DNA of 64,000 nucleotides from Lama guanicoe (lineage: Eukaryota): contig MU054338.1 of assembly GCA_013239625.1 (NCBI GenBank), positions 1,614,001 through 1,678,000 of the forward strand, in the 5' to 3' direction. Position 1 is the first letter of the stretch, and each line of letters begins with the position of its first letter. Made by a program: the position numbers and the translations under genes. The notes under the pieces were generated by a model that worked only from the letters and a program-made list of their open reading frames with translations, was not told where the DNA came from and ran no database searches. Positions 60,880 to 64,000 of this stretch are shown in pieces.

Positions 60880-61330
60880 TGTGTTAGTTTTCTGGGGTTT
60901 CTGCAACAAACCACACTGATTTGGTGGCTGAAGGCAGCAGAAATGTATTCTCTGCAGTTCTGGAGGTCCGAAGTCCAAAATCAGCATCACTGTAATCCAG
61001 GGCTGGCAGGGCCGTGCTTCCCTCGGAGGCTCCAGGGGAGGGGCCTTCCTGCCTCTTCTGGCTTCTGGGGGCTGCGGCGTCCTGGGCTTGTGGCCCCATC
61101 GCTCTGATCTCTGCCTCAGTCTTCACGTGGCCTCTCCTCTGAGTCTGGGTCCAATCTCCTTGTGCCTCCTCCTTTTGTTGACAGCTGCATTTAGGGCCCA
61201 CCAGGACACTCTCTACAGCTCAAAAGCCTGAACTGAATCACACTTGGAAAGCCTTCACCCGATGGGCGACACGGCCCTAGGTCCCGGGGATGTAGCGCTG
61301 CTGTCTTTGCAGGCTGTTCTTCAGCTGACC
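60880..61330 (-). mobile_element. MLT1B/C MaLR LTR
   Basis: tgtgttagtttt...aaatgtattctctgcagttctggagg...cttcctgcctcttctggcttctgg. Confidence 0.85.
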
Positions 61331-61819
61331 ACAGCCTTTCAAACTGTGCACTCACAGGCACGCCCCCGTCCCTGCGAATCAGGCCCTCTCACCGCCCTGT
61401 CCCCGCCGGCCAGTAGTCTGCCCCAGGAGCAGGGAGGAGGGAAGGCAGCTGGAGCAACCAGCGAGGTCTTCCTGGAGGACGCCCGACATGAAAATTGGCT
61501 GATGACAGAGCTCCAGAACCAGACAGGATGACAGTCACACAGCCCTGTGGATGTGCTGAATGCCAATGAGTTGTCAGCTTCAAAAAGATGAAAACTGCAG
61601 AACTTTAAAAAAAAAATGAAGTTGGGAAATAAAATCCGCCCGGGGTCAGCTTCCCATCTAGAGGATCTCCCCCTGTGGGCTCCTCCACCCATTCCCACTG
61701 AAGATGCAGGGCTGTCACGGACCGCAGTGGGAACCGGCATCGTGAAGTGTCAGGGTTAACCTGTGGTAACCACTAAAATCAATGACAGGCTTTCCAGGGA
61801 GCAGCACTGAGACAGCCTG

Positions 61820-62720
61820 ACCTGCAGCTGCGGCAGACTGCGGCCGAGCTGGCTCCTCCCAGCCGGCAGCCAGGCAGCCTGCACGCGGGACACGCGCAGG
61901 GGGCGCTCGCGAGGCTCGTGCAGAGCATCCCACGCAGCCCCTCGAGGGGCTCCTGACATCAAGATGGCATTTGAGAAAAAGGTGAGGCAGGGCCCGCTGC
62001 CTGCCAGGCCACCGCACAGGTCAAACCACGTCAGTCTCGACACCTCAAAGTCAGAACGGTTTGCAGGTGGCGAGTAGGTGGAGGGGAGGAGGGGCTGGAG
62101 GAGGGCAGGCCGAGTGAGGAGGAGAGAAACCGAAACGCGAGAGTAATGTCTGACTCAGCAGAGGTGCTGCCCACACGGGATCTGCCCCGTGAAAAATGAG
62201 AAATCCAACGCCACGCAAGGGCAGACGCGCGAGCCAGGGTGACAAAGCGGCGCCGGGGGGCTTTCTGGGCTCGCGCATGCGCGCATGCACACACACGGGG
62301 TGGGGTGGGGGATGGGCGTGGGGTAGGGGGTCGGGGTGGCGGTGCGGGCGTGGGTATTCCAGCGGGGGCGGCCCGCCCGGCCCCTCCGTGGGAGCCGAGG
62401 GTAGGGCACATAAGCTCCCAGGGAGCCGCGGGTCGGCGACGACGCGGACACACGCGGCTGCTCACGTGGCCCCGGCCGCAGGCGCACCTGTGCTGTCTTG
62501 GACTCACTCCAGAGCCAGGAGGCGGGACCCTGGCAGAGCTTCCCTTGCTTCCGCCGGACATCCCACATCCCGGGCCAGGGCGCTCTGTGGCGGGAGCGGT
62601 TGGCGACGGGGTCTCCAGCTGCTGCTTCTCCTGCGAAGAGCTTGCAGGGGGAGTCCCAGAGCCCCTCCCCGGGTGGACAGAAGCACAGGGCACGGTGGCC
62701 CGGGGCCTCTCAGGTCTGGG
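61820..62720. promoter_or_regulatory. CpG island with NRF1, IRF, ARE and YY1-like motifs
   Basis: GCGCATGCGC 62273-62282, GAAACCGAAAC 62126-62136, TGACTCAGCA 62151-62160, AAGATGGC 61961-61968 and G-runs at 62297-62340. Confidence 0.65.
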
Positions 62721-62829
62721 GTTTACTGGCATCCTCTCGCGGGGCCGGGCCTCCATCAGGTGCCTGCAGGCCTGGGAACCCGGCCCAGACCTGAGTGCCT
62801 GCAACCCAGCCACACTTCCTTCTGCAAAC

Positions 62830-63360
62830 TTTTAAAAAATTGAGGTGAGATTTGCATAAAGTCAAAGTAACCATTTTAAACTAAACATTTCAGTAGCGCT
62901 GAGCACGTTCACAATGCTGTGCAACCACTACCTCTACCTAGTTCCAAAACTTTCTCAAAAGAAACCCAGTCTGTGGCATCAGCAGTCACTCTCCCACCCC
63001 CTCCCCAGCCCCTGACAGCCAGGAACCCCCTCTCTGTCTCTGGATTGGCCTGTTCTGGACGCCTCACATCCATGGAGTCACAAACTGTGTGTCCTCCTGT
63101 GTCTGCTTCTCTCCCTGAGCGTCGTGCTCTCAGGGTCCGTCCACATGGCAGTGGGTGCTTTCCTGTTCACAGATGAGTGATGCTCCGGTGTGTGGAGGGA
63201 CCACATATGCTTATCCATCCATCTGCTGAAGCACATTTAGGTTGCTTCCACCCTTCTGGCTGTTGTGAATCATGCTGCGTGGACATGACTGAATGTGTGT
63301 TTGTTTCAATGTCTCTTCAGTCCTCTTGGGTACGTACCTAGGAGTGACCTTGCTGGGCCA
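62830..63360 (-). mobile_element. L1MB 3' fragment (GC-shifted core)
   Basis: aattgaggtgaga...cacaatgctgtgcaaccac...ctggattggcctgttctggac. Confidence 0.85.
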
Positions 63361-63790
63361 CCTGACTCCCTTTCCACCTTTGCCGTTCCTAAAATGCCCT
63401 GACCGTGCCTCCCCATTCTGCACCCCTGCAGCCGCCCTGCCAACAAAATAAAGCCCCAGTATCAGCAGGCTCGTTGGGGGGGTGGGAGTGCCGGCACGTG
63501 GTCGTTTCTCAGGTCACACCAGGCCCCTCTCTGTCTCTATCCCCCAGGGCCCTTAGGACGAACTTCCCAAAGGAGCAGTGGGCTCAGGGCAGGTGGCAAG
63601 TGCAGGTTTGCAGATGCCCCGCGGCGAGGCCCTGCTGGAAAGAATCCTGGGGGGATGTGTCAGGGGAGGGGAGGAGGTGAGAAGGCCACTGGGCTCTCCC
63701 CAGGTCAGCAGAGCTTCTCTCTGGGGAACTTTCTGCCTCGCTGCCGCCCCAGGAGGAGGCCGGTCAGCGCTTTCTTAGAAAATTCTTTGC

Positions 63791-63804
63791 CCTGTAGGTG
63801 GCGC
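63791..63804 (+). promoter_or_regulatory. CTCF-like motif
   Basis: CCTGTAGGTGGCGC is one mismatch from CCASYAGRKGGCRS. Confidence 0.35.
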
Positions 63805-64000
63805 CAGCGGGCACCTCCCGCAGCCTCAGTCAGCGAGGCCAGGGTCCCAGAAAGCCAGGCAGGAAGGAGGTGCCCCCCTACGGCACTCACTCCCAGCCCC
63901 AGACCCACAGGGCTGAGTCTGGTGCCTGGCGTCTGGTGCAAGGCCTCTGGAAATGGGAGAGGATGCATTTCTGTTGTTCCAGCTGCTCGGCTTGGGTACC

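Noticed and set aside
1228..61330. Loss of AATAAA in gene-sense LTRs as evidence of selection against premature polyadenylation
   Set aside because: Antisense-oriented LTRs have also lost the signal, so GC drift explains it. The roughly 12:4 antisense bias is an ordinary intronic pattern.
329..63968. Hundreds of 60-330 aa ORFs in the six-frame track, e.g. 35764-36756 (330 aa), 40376-41230 (284 aa) and 30748-31536 (262 aa)
   Set aside because: Pro/Gly/Ala/Arg-rich low-information translations expected from GC-rich DNA. They run through repeats and microsatellites, overlap on both strands and show no recognisable domains.

Overview
Mammalian GC-rich genomic DNA, almost certainly camelid, since it carries six tRNA-Ala-like Vic-1-type SINEs and artiodactyl-type L1 3' ends. 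The whole window appears to lie inside GNG7 (G-protein gamma-7, minus strand). The first coding exon is at 2982-3100 ([27 protein letters not shown] followed by a GT donor), a 37-nt 5'UTR exon is likely at 26830-26866, and a further cassette exon is possible at 17350-17411. I did not find the last coding exon, and the main promoter is probably outside the window. The rest is intron packed with ancient repeats (14 MER20, about 16 MLT1/MLT2 LTRs, L1M fragments, Tigger1/4, MER58, MER96B, Charlie1, MIR, L2), several CpG-rich patches and microsatellites. Nearly all ORFs in the six-frame track are GC-content artefacts. I see no novel protein-coding or prokaryote-type system. The most unusual signal is evolutionary: very old repeats of three unrelated classes (L1MB, MER20, MLT1) share the same AT-to-GC derived states, with hand-aligned L1MB and MLT1 pairs about 90% identical over ~200-bp cores, and an AT-rich Tigger1 interior has become ~77% GC. 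Both suggest regional GC-biased (ectopic) gene conversion. Repeat subfamily names come from recalled consensus sequences and repeat boundaries are approximate (+/-20-30 bp).
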